Shown here piece by piece: positions 39,230 to 53,820 of a DNA stretch of 64,000 nt. The DNA is from Cycas panzhihuaensis (lineage: Eukaryota > Plantae > Cycadophyta): contig CM041465.1 in NCBI GenBank assembly GCA_023213395.1, positions 224,943,741 to 225,007,740 on the forward strand, written 5' to 3'. Under the pieces are notes generated by a model that made no database searches, was not told the DNA's origin, and was given only the letters and a program-made list of their open reading frames with translations. The first letter of the stretch is position 1. Each line of letters begins with the position of its first letter. The translations under genes were made by a program, and so were the position numbers.

Positions 39230-40620
39230 TATAGATACAAACTACACATATTCCTCTATCAAGGAGGTGGCCATAGAAGATGCTCTCAAGAAACTATAGA
39301 ATATCCACCAACTTACATTATAGACATGCCATTAAGAGGGAAACATGCTCCCCATTACAGACATCTAATATCAAATGAGAATTTTTCTCTTGGGCACTAT
39401 ACTCATCAGTGAAATTAGTTCCCCCTAACAAACTACCTTGTGGAAGACAAGTAGTTATAAACAAGCCAAATAAAAGGTGCTTCAATTGCTCACAATAAGA
39501 AATGATCATGAAATAGCAATTTAAAAAATAACCAACACAAGCTACCGCTATTGATTTTCAATTTATTTGACGTCCTTTTCCAAAGCTTGGGTGATTGTTC
39601 TTTCAATTTCCACATTGTCTATTTCTTCAAAGATAGGGTCCAACTTCTTTTCTCCCTAGTGACTTTTAGCTCCAAGATTTATGAGGAAGTTAGCAACCCC
39701 ATTTGCTTTGCTCCTAATGTAGTTAAAGGAGATCTCCTTATGCTTGCTAAGATGTATGATATCTTTCAAGATTGAAGCAGTCCTCCAACTTCTAGAATCA
39801 ACCTAATTTGTAGTTATTTGGAGAGAGTCAATGATGAATTTAGAATCCCCGTCCAGGTAGACCACCTCAAAATTGTGGCATTTGGCAATCTTGATAATAG
39901 CACTAGCTGTCATAACTTTCGTTGCATTGTTTGTGTAACTACTATATTTTGTGCTAATAAGTTGATGAGAAATTGGGTGTTGGTGCCCATCCATTCTCAT
40001 CCATCTTCGAACGAAGGATTACTCAATGTAACAATAGTGTACAAAGACAATGTATTTATAGTTAGATGGTATGTATCAATCAATTAGATAGTTAGAGATT
40101 AGTTGATTGTTTGTAAAACTAACTGAAACAATTAGTTGAATAACTAGATGTTTAGGTACAAGGTCCTCAATATAAATTGAGGCATATCATTGAACAAATT
40201 GATTGTGAGTGTGCAGTGATTGTATTATTCCAGAGATAATAAAAGAGATTGCCTTTTTATCTCCCTCTTCAACAATCCCACAATCAGGTAACATTCTTTG
40301 AGCACATTCACCATCATTTCATATCATAAATGCCTAATCTTACCATTATGGTCTTGAATTATGCAGCTAATAACGACTCTACCTTGGTTGCCTTTGGACG
40401 CATCATCAAAGTTGGCTTTAAAAAGGGTGACCTTTGGGGGTTTCCAAAGGCTAGGGCTTCTTTCGTGCATAGAATCTAATCTTTGATGAGATTCTAGGTT
40501 CAACTTAAATATGCCTAACCCATCAAGTTTGATTGCTTCCTTATTGGACCATGACCAATCTTCATCTTTTCAAGGCTTGGTCATCAAGTGTTGACATTTA
40601 ATATTTATTGTGGCTCATAA
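39230..40620 (-). mobile_element. L1 LINE 3' relic with RNase H domain
   Basis: Minus strand reads WKPPKVTLFKANFDDASKGNQG...IIQDHNGKI, then YTNNATKV...VVYLDGDSKFIID...IRSKANGVANFL. Boundaries are approximate. Confidence 0.8.
39963..40326. mobile_element. Solo LTR inserted in the LINE RNase H
   Basis: Inverted termini tgatgagaaat...atttcatatca, with near-TSD taagt/taaat. Excising it rejoins the RNase H motifs. Confidence 0.65.
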
Positions 40621-40683
40621 CTCTGGGTTATGAGCCTCCTTTTTAATTTTTGTATTTTATTAGTTATTAGCTTTTCTTTTAAT

Positions 40684-40913
40684 GTTATGTAAGTTGGTGA
40701 GTCATTAGGGGTTGCACTTCTCACCTCGCATGTGTCAATCCTTTTGGAATCAATATTGCATTTAGGTTTGTATAAAAGCACATATTATGCATTGTAAAGA
40801 TAATGAGAGAAATTTAATGCAATGAGATTTAATTTTCACTAGATGAATAGGTTAATCCATCCATTTAGGTTTTCTCCATGCATGCTTTGAATTTTACTAC
40901 ATGGTATTAGAGT
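40684..40913 (+). mobile_element. LTR 3' part plus decayed PBS of an older element, interrupted by Copia D
   Basis: tataaaa at ~40771 and ...actaca followed by tggtattagagt (40902-40913). The left boundary is uncertain. Confidence 0.5.
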
Positions 40914-40972
40914 TGTTTAGGTGCAAGATTAGTTGTTTCATATGCTAGTTGCTTATATCTAGGGTCTGTTAT

Positions 40973-43900
40973 TGTTAGAACCTTTATGTTTAATCATTAA
41001 GCTTTGTATGTACCTTTTGCACTTTACACCTAATGTGTAGGTGTGCACTTTTTCTAGTGATGTAACATGTAACTTAAAAGGTCAAATACCCCCTTAACCC
41101 TTTTTAGGCATGTCTACACAAGTCTATGCATGATTGACACTTGTCAATCATGCTACGACCTTAAGGGGAGCTCTCTAACCTATATAAGAGACCATTCTCT
41201 CTTGTGATGTATAAAGTGAGAAATGAGTGTATTGTCATGCTGCTAAGATTAATCTAAGTTTATTGTGGAGTGGATCTATTCCTTCTCCTCCATCTTCTTG
41301 TGTTCTTGTGTGCTTGTGCTCTAATTTCTTGTGGGTGTACTTGTTAGTTTGCTATCCTTCATGATCCCTTTCTCATTTTGGTATCTGAGCTCAAGTGTTT
41401 GGGGTCTCATTTTTAGTTGAAGGCTAGTTGTTACTACTCCTCTTTGGTGACGACCTTCACCATATGAAGGTGATCCAAAGGAGGACTTGTTTCTCTCTCA
41501 ACTCTCAAATTCAAAACATAATTTTGAATTTTTCTTTTTAAGTTGAATATTGAAAAAAAAGAAATTATATATATGTTGGTTTTTGTTTTAGATCTACAAG
41601 CAAGGAAGAAGATTTTTTTCTTTTTTTTTGGGTCTTTATTTTGTTTGATGAATGTAGGGACTGTTGGTGGTTATCATCTTGTTGGTAGCTCTCTCCCTGT
41701 TGTTGTTGCCTACTCACCCTTAAGCATATCTAAAACTGGTGGTTGTCTCTTTCATCTGTGTTGCCAGCTCCTGCGTGTTGAGTTGGCAGCTATTTGTGCT
41801 CTTGCACCACTGTTGATAGCAGTGTATCTTGCATTGTCATCTCTGTGCTCCTGCAACCTCTTGCGTTGGTCTGTTAGCTTCCATAGATCTGTGATTGTTA
41901 GTTAGCGGCTCTATTCTTACTTAGTGACTCCTTGCGTGAGTTCTAACAATTCTTGACCCTGGTTTGATATCTGGCAACCCACAATCTACTCTGGCAGCTC
42001 ACGCAAATCTGTGTTGACATCATCTGAATCCTGTAGCACCTGAAATTGATCCACGGTGTGATTCAATCAAAAATTGATTGATCACATGTATTTTTATCTT
42101 TATGTATTTGTGTGCCACCGCAACAATAAAAAAATTTTGATTTGATTTTAAAGTTGATAAGCTTTATGTTATATAGTTTAGAATATACTGAGTATATTCC
42201 AATTTTAATGTTTCATTTTTTCCTTAAGTTTCACAAAACACTTCTCTCTCTATTATTATTATTATTTTTAAGAGGAAAAAGTCCCTTTTTCTCAAAGCTA
42301 AGCACATCCACTTTAGCATAAAAAATTTGCATGCATTTTTCTAGCTAAAATACCATATTTTACTGTATTTTGAGCATTCAAAGTGAAAACTTTCCACCAT
42401 TTGTATTTGCTAGGCTCTTTGTTTGGTGTCGTAAGTCTACAAAATGGCCTAAAAAGCACAAAAGTATCAATAAAAATAATTTGTTTAGTGTGTATTAGGA
42501 TCATTTTGATACTAAAGTGTCCTCCTTTTGTAATGATGTTTGGAATTTGTCCAAGATGTTGAATAATAATAAGTGGAGAGGCTCAAAAAAGGTTAATAAT
42601 CTTGCCTCATTGTCTTAAGCATGGTGCATTCCCTAGGGGACCAACTGGTTGTACAACTGGTGCATGATAATTAAGACTACTTATTGGAAGGTTCGCAAAG
42701 GATGTTACTAGAGTTGTGAAATCTAAGGAAAGCACGATATGTTGTGCAGATCAACTCTGTCTCATTGTACTAAATTAAAATTTTGGCTAACTAGTGGATC
42801 TCATATATAGATTAGAGTTGGACCACTTGAGAGTGAAACCTTTCACTTTTTTCACAATTTTCAGCTGTTGGATTTCATATATAGATGAGGGCTATTGTCG
42901 TACTTGCAAGTAGAACTTAAGCGGTGTAGCTCAATACTTCCAAGGTTAATTTTTAGCTATAAATCTTAATTTGTTTTTAACAAAACATGTCTATATCCAT
43001 GCTTAATTCTAGCACCATCAAACTCACTGGAGCAAAAAAAAATTTAGATTGGAAAAAGGAAGCTAAAAATTTGTTGATTATGAATGAATTGCAGAGATAT
43101 GTGTTTGAAAAAATTATCAAACTTGCACCAACTATTGATCAAATAATGTAATCCCTATAGATTCTATTGCATTTGTTGCTTGGGAAGCTAAAGATGAAAT
43201 TACATTGGCTTTTCTTCATATGACTCTACATAATAATGTTGATCAAAATATTTCTTCAACCACTACTTCAAAAAGAACTCGGGACATAATTTTATCTTTG
43301 TATAAAAGGCAAGATGATGCTCGCATTGTAATATCAAAAACTAAATTATTTAGCTTGAAATTTATTGAGCCCATGGCAACATTTTTGTTCAATGTAAAAG
43401 CAATTAACAATCAATCGATTGCACTTAGCAAACCAACATCAGATGAAGACCTTGTAACAATAACTGTTCATGCTCTTTCGAACAAATACAATGGTTTCAT
43501 CTCCTCCATTTCTTGTAATGGTACATTATCGGCCATGGCTTTTAATGACTTAGAAGGACTTTTGTTATGAGAGAAGGAAATGTATTATCGTCAAGATGAA
43601 GGAGGATTTTCAGATGCTTTCACTGGAAGGCACGAGGGTAAACAACCCATGGCTCCTAAGCAGAATTTCTAAAAAAAGTTTGGGAACTTGAACCTTAATG
43701 GTGCAAAATCAAAATCAGTCATTTGTCATTATTATGGCAAGGTTGGGCACATACAGTCAAAATGCAAAAAAAAACAAAATGACATGCAATAGCAACAACA
43801 ACAAGAACAACTCCCACATAGACCAAATCAAGCTGGATTTTGAGGAGGTTGTCATGGTAATAAGAGGGGAGCATTTCGTGGTGGCAATCAAGGCCACACT

Positions 43901-46900
43901 ATTCAGTATCATAAAAATAACAAATTATTTTGTGGATATGGTAATGGTAACAATGACAACACATGGATTATCGATTCTAGCACATCTGGTCATATGATTG
44001 GTGATGTTGAATTGTTAGTAGATATTCAACAAAGTAAGGGACAAACAATGACATTTGATAATAATCACACTATCAAAATTACAAGCGTTTGAAAAATTGC
44101 TCTTTTCAACACTACTTAAAACCCTGCTCAAACATTTCCCATTGGCAATGTGTTTCTAGTACCTACCATGTCTAGAAACCTCCTCTCTATTAGTCAACTT
44201 CATAAACAACAAATGAGTGTTCTTTCTAAAAATGGAAAATGTACAACTAGTAACAAAAAAGACTTAAGTAGTTGTAACTGGTCATGAGGATCATGGCGTC
44301 TATAAATTAGATTCTACTCTTGGGAAATTTCGTGTCTTAATCTCACAATCAATCACAAAAGAAAAGTTGTGGCATGAGAGACCAGGTCATTTGAACCTAG
44401 TCAGTATCAAATTGACGTTTGAAAAAATATGGTGTATGGTTTACCTAAGATTTTAGTGGGTAAATGCCTATGTGAAGCTTGTTTGATGAGAAAACAACAT
44501 CAAGACTTTCCAAAAAGGTAAAGCATGGAGGGCACAATGTTTGCTACAGTTGGTGGAGCTCTTTATTTCATCACCTTTGATAGTCCACTCAATCACTGAG
44601 CTCTTGATTTCATCACCTTCATTGATGATTTCTCACACAAAGTGAGGATATATTTTATGAAAAATAAATAAAAAACTCTCACAAAGTTTAAAGAATTTAA
44701 GTTTGTTGGAGAGAAAGAGTCAAACATGCAAATCAAAATACTTCGATCTAACAATGGTGGTGAATTTACTTCTAAAGAATTCAATCAGTTCCGCATACAA
44801 CATGGCATCAAACATCAATTTTTTCACCATATACACCTAAGGAAAATGGTGTGGCAGAAAGAATGAACAAAACAGTTGTCAGTAAGGCAAAGGCCATGAT
44901 GCAAGCAAAAGGTCTCATGTAGTCTTATTGGGTAGAAGTAGTACACACAATTGCCTACTTTACAAACAAAAGCTCCATAGCTACAGTCTAGAATATGACA
45001 CCAGAGGAGGCCTAGATTGGTAATAAATCGACGATTAGTCATATTCACACTTGGTTGATTTGCCTAAACATAAACAGGCAATCAATTGTAAGTGGATTTA
45101 TAAAATCAAGTTCTGATCTGATGGTTCAAGCGAGTGACACAAAGCTTAATTGGTTGCAAAAGGGTTCAAACAAAAAAAAAACATTAACTATGAGGAGACC
45201 TTTGCACGAGCTGCCAATATGAGCACCATTAGACTTGTCATGTCCTTAGTTGCTCAATGCAAATGGCCTATGTACGAGACGGATGTGAAAAGCACCTTCC
45301 TACATGGCGATCTGACTGAAGAGGTATATTTGGAGCAACCTCCTAATTCTATTGAACATGACAAAGAACACTTGGTTTGTTGCCTTAAAAAGGCCTTGTA
45401 TGGCCTAAAGCAGGCACCATGTGCACGGTACTCAAAAATCGTTGATTATTTTTTGAGACATGGTTTTCATCTATCCTCATCAAACCCAAACTTGTACATC
45501 AAAGTTTAGAACCAACATGTAACTCTTGTTGCGTTATATGTTGATGATTTGATTATCATTTGTAGTGATACTACTATGATTGAGAGTCTTCAAGGGGATT
45601 TAAAAAGGAGTTTTGAGATGACAGATCTCAGACTTCTTCATTATTTTCTTGGCATGGAGGTGTGACAACAACCAGACAACATTTTCATATCTCAAGCAAA
45701 ACATACTTGGGACATTTTACGGCGTTTTAGAATAGACGATTGCAAATCCACACCTACCCCTATGGATACTGACACAAAATTATCAAATGATGAAGAAGTA
45801 GAACTGGTAGATTCCATCTTTTTCAGATAATCGGTAGCTAGTCTCATTTATTTGACTAACACTAGACTAGACATATCTTATGCTATTGGAATCTTCTCTA
45901 GATTCACGTCTAACCTAATTAGAGACATTGGAATGCTGCCAAATGAATTCTTAGATATTTGAAAGGCACATTACAGCATGGGCTACATTACACACATAAT
46001 GAGAACTTCACAGTGGAGGGGTTCTCAAATTCTGATTGGACAAGTTGCCAGGATAGCCGAAGATCAACCTTAGGTTATTGTTTTAACTTTGGGTCAACTA
46101 TTGTCTTGTGGAGTTGTAAGAAGCATCCTAATACCACTCTCTCATCCACAGAAGCAAAATACAAAGCTATTGTCAATGCAACATATGAAGCTATCCAGCT
46201 TAGACGGATTCTTGGCGAGCTTGGGCTTGAGCAGACGCATCCTACCAAATTGTATTGTAACAATCAGAGTGTGTTTTAAGATTACTAAGAATCCTATATT
46301 TCTTGCAAGAACCAAGCACATTGAGGTTCATCAACACTTAATCCGAGAGCATCTTAAGAACAATGAGGTTGACCTCAACTACAAACCTATAAATCAACAC
46401 TTGGCAGGGATCTTTACCAAAGCACTTGGTAGAAAAAGGTTTAAGCATTTTAGAGATGGACTTGGTGTGCAACTTAATGATGTAAATATTAAGGGGGGTG
46501 TTAGAACCTTTATGTTTAATCGTTATGTATTTTTTACACTTTATACCTAATGTGTAGGTGTGCACTTTTTCTAGTGATGTAACATGTTGTAACTTAAAAG
46601 ATGAAAGACCCCCTTCACCCTCTTTAGGCATGTCTGCACAAGTCTGTGCATGATTGACACTTAACAATCATGCTATGACCCTGAGGGCAGCTCTCTAACC
46701 TATATAGGAGACCATCCTCTCTTGTGATGTATAGAGTGAGAGATGAGTGTATTGTTATGCTGTTCAGATTAATCTAAGTTTATTGTAGACTGGATCAATT
46801 CCTTTTCCTCCATCTTTTTGTGTGCTTATATGCTTGTGCTCTAATTTCTTGTGGGTGTACATGTTAGTTTGTTGTCCTTCATGATCCCCAACTAGATCCC

Positions 46901-46907
46901 TTTCTCA
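40973..46907 (+). mobile_element. Degenerate Ty1/Copia 'D' (relative of E) with an internal deletion
   Basis: Exact TSD gttat. LTRs at 40973-41375 and 46499-46907; PBS tggtatctgagc at 41379-41390; PPT aagggggg. Broken gag-pol spans ~42987-46490. Confidence 0.94.
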
Positions 46908-47624
46908 GTTATGATAATTTGTAATACTGTAGAATAACATATTTATGCTTTGGTTTACATCTCTATTAATATGCTTTGGAATTGCTTTTTTGCTGAGATA
47001 TTCTGCTATTAGATAGTCTTAGGTTATGCACGTTGTAAGGATGGTTTCACAGGTCTTCAATGAGTAGTTTTTGTAGTAGAGGCACTCCCCTATAACGTTT
47101 ATTTTGAACACAGATGTCTGGGTATTGCCAAATAGACAAAACTAGTTATAATCTTCAAGGGGAACTATCATAGAACAAGGTGTAGCCTCTTGTTCTAGGT
47201 TTAATGTTATAATCTTCAAATAGGTTGAAGATACCTGTTCATACACTTGGTGTATGAAATTTCTTTTTAATTAGCTTGCAAATCACATTAAAAATGATAT
47301 GCAAGGTATTAAAAATACATACAAACACACCCAAACCCCCCTAACTTGCATGCGGGTTTAAATAGTAAAAATTGGTTGTAAATGCAACTCATTTAATGAG
47401 CATTTGATAGGCAAACTTCCAACGAAAAGCTGACCTATTGGGTGATCATAATAAGCAAGAAGAATGACCTACATGCAACAAGTTTTCTACCTTAATGGGA
47501 CACTACAAATTACAGAGACAAATGCCTTAAAAATCATTTTGAAAGATGTGATTTTAATCATGTTCAAAAGGGAAAAGCACCAAGAAAAATATGCATTTAA
47601 TGGCACCGGAAGCCATTAATGAAC

Positions 47625-48264
47625 TCCACCTTAAGAGCCACTAAAAATGAAGAGGTGATTGGGCCATTGAAAATCATTGTTAAATGTTGGGATAAGTCAA
47701 CATTGAAGTGTTATGGATATTTGTCATTTTAAGTACTGAAGAATGGCATTGAAAAGGTATTAGAAAGGTGAATTCTAGACCTTTGAAAAGGGTCTCAAAG
47801 TCATTTGGGATATTTCGAAGAATGTTCTTGGTTGTATAACCTAAAGTCATACAACTTTAGGCCCTTCAAATATTTTTTACCTCTATATTTGGTAGACATG
47901 CGACACAGGTGACGCAGAATAACGAGTTTTCTTCAATCTTAATGGATTGAATGAAGCAAGAGGCGAAGGACACCTAACATAAGCCTTATGCATACCTGAC
48001 AATCGAGGGAAAATGCCAATGCAAATTGCCGGATATGTCATACTCCATGGTCCAGGCCAAGGCCTACATACAGAGGCCAGAAGACGTCCGCTCAAGGCCT
48101 TACTGTGATAACCTTGCACATAGCCATGACGAATTATGATAAGGCCATGTAGAATCAAAAAGCTTTGAGATGCCCATCATAGTTGGAGAACACACATCTA
48201 AGTAGAGATAGAATATTTCCACTTAGCCATGACCCTATTGAAATATGCCACTCATAGTTGAGAG
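47625..48264. repeat. ~640-bp direct duplication, copy 1
   Basis: tccaccttaagagc...catagttgagag recurs at 59895-60526 with scattered substitutions and a 9-bp indel. Confidence 0.93.
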
Positions 48265-51200
48265 TGAAAAGACTGGATCTATCCTTCATCTCCATGCACT
48301 AAACACAAAGGCAAACATGGGAGCAAGAAAGACTTGAGAGAAAGAGAGTAGCTCTCACAAAATGGGGAGGTAAGAATGAGCCTCCTCCATTGAGCTTTTA
48401 CTTTTATATTGAGAGAGGGAGTATTAGAGTTAGGTGAAATGAAATTACACATAATACACATGAAAGCGCATTTCACATAAGTGATCTAATTTAAAGTTCA
48501 TTTAAGACCTCTTTTAGAAATAATCAACTAATGTAATGACCTTTTGACATTAACCCGTTTCAATCTCCCCCCTTAATGGTAGAAGGTCATTTCATCCTAT
48601 TTTATTCTATCCTATGAGGTCTTTATTTGAGCCTCTTACAAAGCAAACTACTATGACACTTTTGTGGGAAACCCTCATGGAGAAGAAAACCCACAGATTT
48701 TCTAATCTACTAACCTGGCTCAAGTGGCTCTTTAAATGAAGCCAAATAGCCAATCTGTACAATGAATTTTGTAGCTAAAATCTACTGAGTCTCCATATAT
48801 CATTTGGTCATCCCCATGGCCTATCGGGTTTTCATAGGTTCTGATTTTCCAAAATGATACAACCCTTATCCTTTCGTGCCACAAGGGGTTTTCGCGAATG
48901 GGATAGAGCAGAGACTTACTCTTGTCCTTTCGTGCCCACAAGGGGTTTTCACGAATGAGACAAAGTATAATGGTCATCTTGTCATCTCCTTCAATCAGTT
49001 AGAGATCGAGGCCCTAAGGCCGAGTTGCCTTCAGAACTATTCAAACTTCACCCTCTTTAGTGGTTTGGTGAAGATATTGGCCACTTGATCTACTGTGGGG
49101 CAGTACTCTAGTTGAATTGTGCCATCATGAACTAGTTCTCTAATCCTGTGGACTTTCGTACATATATGTTTGGTACGATCGTGAAATACAGGATTTTTAG
49201 CCATTTGGATTATAGATTGATTATCTACATGTAAGCTAGTAGAACTTGTTTCGGTGGCATTTAATGTATTCAACAATTTCTTAATCCATTCAACCTCTTT
49301 GCTTGTCTCAGAAGCAACAATATATTTAGCTTCGATAGTTGAGTCTACAACCATCTTCTGCCGTCTGGATCTCCATGATATTGGTGTTGTTCCAAGAAAT
49401 GTTACGTACCCAGACGTAGATCTTCCTGTGTCTTTATCTCCAGCAAGTCTGAGTCTATGTATGCATAAAGTTTAAATTCTGCATTGGGTTCATACAACAA
49501 ACCATATTTCTTGGTCGTCTTCAGGTACATCAACACTCGTATTGCAACTTACTAGTGATTCTACTTAGGATTTATCATGAATTTTACAAGAATACCGACA
49601 GAGTGTGAAATATCTGGCCTTGTGTTGGTAGTATAGATGAGACTACCTAAAAGTTTCCAATAGAGTGTTGCATCTTCCTCCCTAGTGTCACCATCAGCTG
49701 AGAGTTTAACATTGGGTTTCATAGGTGTAGCCACTGGTCGAGCACCTTCCAACTGAAACTTTGTCAGAAGATCGTTGATATATTTTTCTTGGGAGAGAGA
49801 TTTTGCCATTCTTTTGAGTTACTTCAATTCCCAAGTAATATTTCATCAACCCGAGGTCAGACAATTCAAAAGTTTTAGCAAGGTCTTTCTTCAGTTGGCT
49901 GATTACCTGTTCACTATTCCCTGTTATTAGCATATCATCCACAAAGATTAAAAAGTAAGTGACTTTATCGTTTTGGCACTTGATGAATAGTGTTGCATCA
50001 ATATCTTGATAGTCACAAACCTCATATCCAAGTTGCCTCATTCTTTTAGACAACTTGGTAAACCAAGCACGAGGGGCTTGTTTTAGGCCATACAAGGACT
50101 TTCTGAGCCTGTAAACCTTATGCTCCTGACCGACAATCTCGTATCCTTCTGGCTGAGCCATGTAAATTTCATTTTTAAGGTCCCCATTGAGAAATGCGGT
50201 CTTAACATCAAGTTGGTGGATTTTCCAACCCTGTGGAGCAACCAAGGCTATAAGAGTTATGATTGTAGGCCACTTGGTTGTGGGAGCAAAGATTTCAGTG
50301 TAGTCAATGCCTTCCCTTTGCGTGAATCCTTTTGCTACCAACTTCGCCTTGTGTTTTTCTAGGGCGCCATCTAATCTATACTTGTTTTTGAAGACCCATT
50401 TGTTTTGAACTACCTTTCTTCTAAGTGGTAGATCAACAAGCTCCTATGTACCATTCTTGATAAGAGATTGGTACTCTTCGTTCATGACATTTCTCCAAGC
50501 TACATGCTTTACAGCTTCTTGGTACATTAGGGACTCTTCATTAAGAGCAAGGTGCAGTTCTGCTGGTTCAAGCTCAACGGAAAGTGATTCATGCATCCTT
50601 GCTCTATGGGCACTTCTAGTGCCAGTTTTGCTTACCTCATCTGGTCATATGTCCTTGTGTAGCTGGTAGGCTTCACGAAAACCTCGAGTTGGGAATGAGG
50701 TTTTCATTTCCACAGCCTCTTGGTCTTCATTTTGATCCTAAAAAGGATCATATGAAATGTGTGGCACGGAGGAAGTTGATGATGCTGAAGAAGATGGGCC
50801 AGCCACTAATGTTGGAGAAGATGGTCCTTCTGCTATGGCTTTGCCTTTATCAACTTAGCTATTCGCAATTGATAGTGTTGGATATGTACACATTGGTTGG
50901 AAGTCACAGCTTGTATCCTCTGAGGCTCTATTGTCAGATTCCAAGATTTTGAGCAACTGTTGAGCATCTCCCCCCCTAAATTTTGGAATCTGGACATCAA
51001 ATTCAGTAGCATCATTAAATCAGTATGAAGGTATCTTGGAGTTAAGTCTGAGTAATTGATCTTTAGTCTCTGCAAAGATAGCATCTCTAATGATGATAAT
51101 TTTGCGTTGTGAAGGTATAAAATCCTTGTACCCCTTTTTGTCCATAGGGTATTCGACAAAGATTCGTTTGAGGTCTCTATCTTGGAGCTTGTTTCTATAG

Positions 51201-53697
51201 AGCCAAAATTTTTGAAGTGGGAGATAGAGGGGGTTTGTCCATACCACATTTCATGTGGAGAGGGGCCGAGCTTGGAGGGACTAACAGTGTTGTTGCAATA
51301 CACGACAGTCCAGATGGCCTTAGCCCAAAGATAGACAGGGACATTCTTGTATACCAGCATAGCACGAGGCATGTTCATGATGGTCTTGTTCATGCACTCG
51401 GCAACTCCATTTTGTTGGGGTGTACCTGCAACAATGGTTTGATGTTTGATTCCATGCTGATGTAGGTACGATTCAAACTCATTGGACATGTACTCGCCAC
51501 CATTATCAGTCCTAAGTATTTTGATCTTGAATCCAGATTCATTTTTCACGCGGGCCTTGAAAGCTTGAAACATAGAAAAAGCTTCATCTTTTTTTGCAAG
51601 AAAGACAACCCATACTTTTTTGGTAAAATCATCAATGAAAGTAATATAAGTAATATAGTACCACTTCTGTTTGAGAGAAGGGATGGGCATAGGACCGCAT
51701 ATATCTAAGTGTACAAGCTACAAAGGTTGGCTAGATTTCCACTGACTACGAGGAAAGGGTTGTCTTTGAGATTTTGCAATGATACATGCTTTGCATTTGA
51801 AGGGCTTAGAGGAGAGCCTAAGCATACCAGGAAGAGTGGCATGTAGTTCTCTTAAATGATCAATTTTGATATGGCCCATACGAGCATGCCATAGGGCCGC
51901 TTGGGACAACTTTTGAGGAGTCAGGGTAGTGATAAAAGTAGAGTCATCATCAACATAGTTAGCTTCAGAGGATGGTGAGCCAGTTAGGCGGAAAAGTTTG
52001 CCATCAAGAATTCTGGCCATAACCACAGCATTTGAAGGAGTGTGAATAACACAAAGAGTTTGATTATTTGCAGTTACACTCAGATCAAATCCACGAGAGA
52101 GAAGGGTGGATAGGGAGAGCAGGTTCTACTTTAGAGCAAGAATATATAAAACATCAACAAGCGTAACATCTGGAAGGCCTGGGAGTTTCAGGCAAACAAT
52201 TCCAAGTCCTTCAACTGGCTGAGATGATTTGTCAGCCATGTGTATAACACCACGAACTTTAGAGTTAAAATCTTGAAAGAATTGGTGATGACAAGTCATG
52301 TATTGTGTTACTCCAGTATCCATGATCCAAGATGAAGTATTTGAGGTGGTACTATTTGCAATTCTAAGTGGTGAAGCCAAAACTGAATAAGCATAGCCAC
52401 AGTGAGCCTCAATATACTTAGTGGATCTATCAACAACATTTGATGAAGTGGTCCCAATTCTTTGAAGGTGTGTATGAGCAAATTGTGTTCCACCAAAAGC
52501 ATCTTCAAACAAAGTATTATCAACATTATGTACACCATGGCGCTATTGATAGCTTGGTAGTTTGTTGGTGGTAGTTCTACAATTTTTGGCATAGTGTCCT
52601 TTTCTATTACACCTTTGGCACACAATTATTTGATTTCCAGTCCCATAAGAAGTATTTGGTTGGTTGGATTGTCTCTAATTACTGGATCTAGGTCCAGGTT
52701 GATTATTTTGGCCTTGGCCTTGAGACTGTTTTGGTTGGAGTTGAGGAGCCTGTTGACTAAGAGGACGTTGTCCTTGTTGTCTACCTCTGCCTCTTCCACG
52801 GGAATTACCACCTCTGTGAGAATATTGACCTTGATTTTTGGTATAAAAAGGATCTTCTTTCACTTCAAAAGCAGCATCAGCTAGATCAAATATAGTGGCA
52901 AAGTTGGTATCAAAGGTCTTATCAAATTCAATGAACTTATTAGCAAGATCCTCAAAGTTTAGGGTCTTCAAAGTGCCACTAGATTGAAAACTTCCCAGTA
53001 GATTTTTGTAATCTGGGATATGGAGACATGACTGAATTAAGAAAACCCATGTAATACATTGAGTTTTGAAATCTTTATTAATGGCTTGCTTGATTAGACA
53101 AAGGAGATTGATTGTCTCACTTGTGTGTCCTTTCTGCATTTTCAATTTGTTCATCTTCAGCACTAAGTGAACAAATTCTAAGTCTGATTTAATGTCAAAT
53201 TTCTTCTTAAGAACTTTTAGAAGTTTCCATGCTGTATTATGTACAGCTTCATCAATGAGATTATGTAAGGAATAATCAGTGACAAGAAGTATCCCTGCAC
53301 GGATTTTATGATCATCAAGTTCCCATTGGCGTTTAGCTGCAACTTCAGCAGGAGCAATTGGAGCACCTCCTCCAGAAGCAGCTAGCTGCAACAAATGGTG
53401 TAGGTTGTAAGTGATCTCTTCAAAGACTTTCATACTTTGCAGCATTTCTGACACCAGTCAACCACATGTCCCAATTGTCTTTCCCTTTAAGAATGCAGTT
53501 CACATTTTGCTTGAACTGTGAAGACATGGTGTCTTTTAAAAAGGGAAGAAATGAATAAGGGACTATAAAAGTGATGGCAATAAATGACCAATCACTGTTT
53601 ACAAATGGGAGATGCAATAAAGTAGTATAGCAGAAGGAAGAAGAAGTGAGAATGGTTGCTCAAAGATGAAGGGAGCAACTTAGAGAAAAGTCACCAA

Positions 53698-53820
53698 CAC
53701 TTGTAACAAATATTAACTTGACATAGCAGGAATATGAGAAGCACTATGATGAAAATTGGCCACTAATACTTGTGGCAAATATTAACCTGACGTAGCAGGA
53801 ATATGAGAAGCACTATGATT
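53698..53820. repeat. Two-copy repeat (period ~69 bp) in the 5' leader of F1
   Basis: acttgt..caaatattaacYtgacRtagcaggaatatgagaagcactatgat occurs twice. Confidence 0.85.

Noticed and set aside
46910-47620. Candidate location for the final PARP2 exon
   Set aside because: No LLYNEYIVY-like frame after an AG acceptor was seen by eye. TBLASTN is needed to exclude it fully.
48866-48967. Hammerhead ribozyme in the F 3' UTR repeats
   Set aside because: GTGAAAA does not fit CUGANGA, and the CGAAA is paired within the stem.
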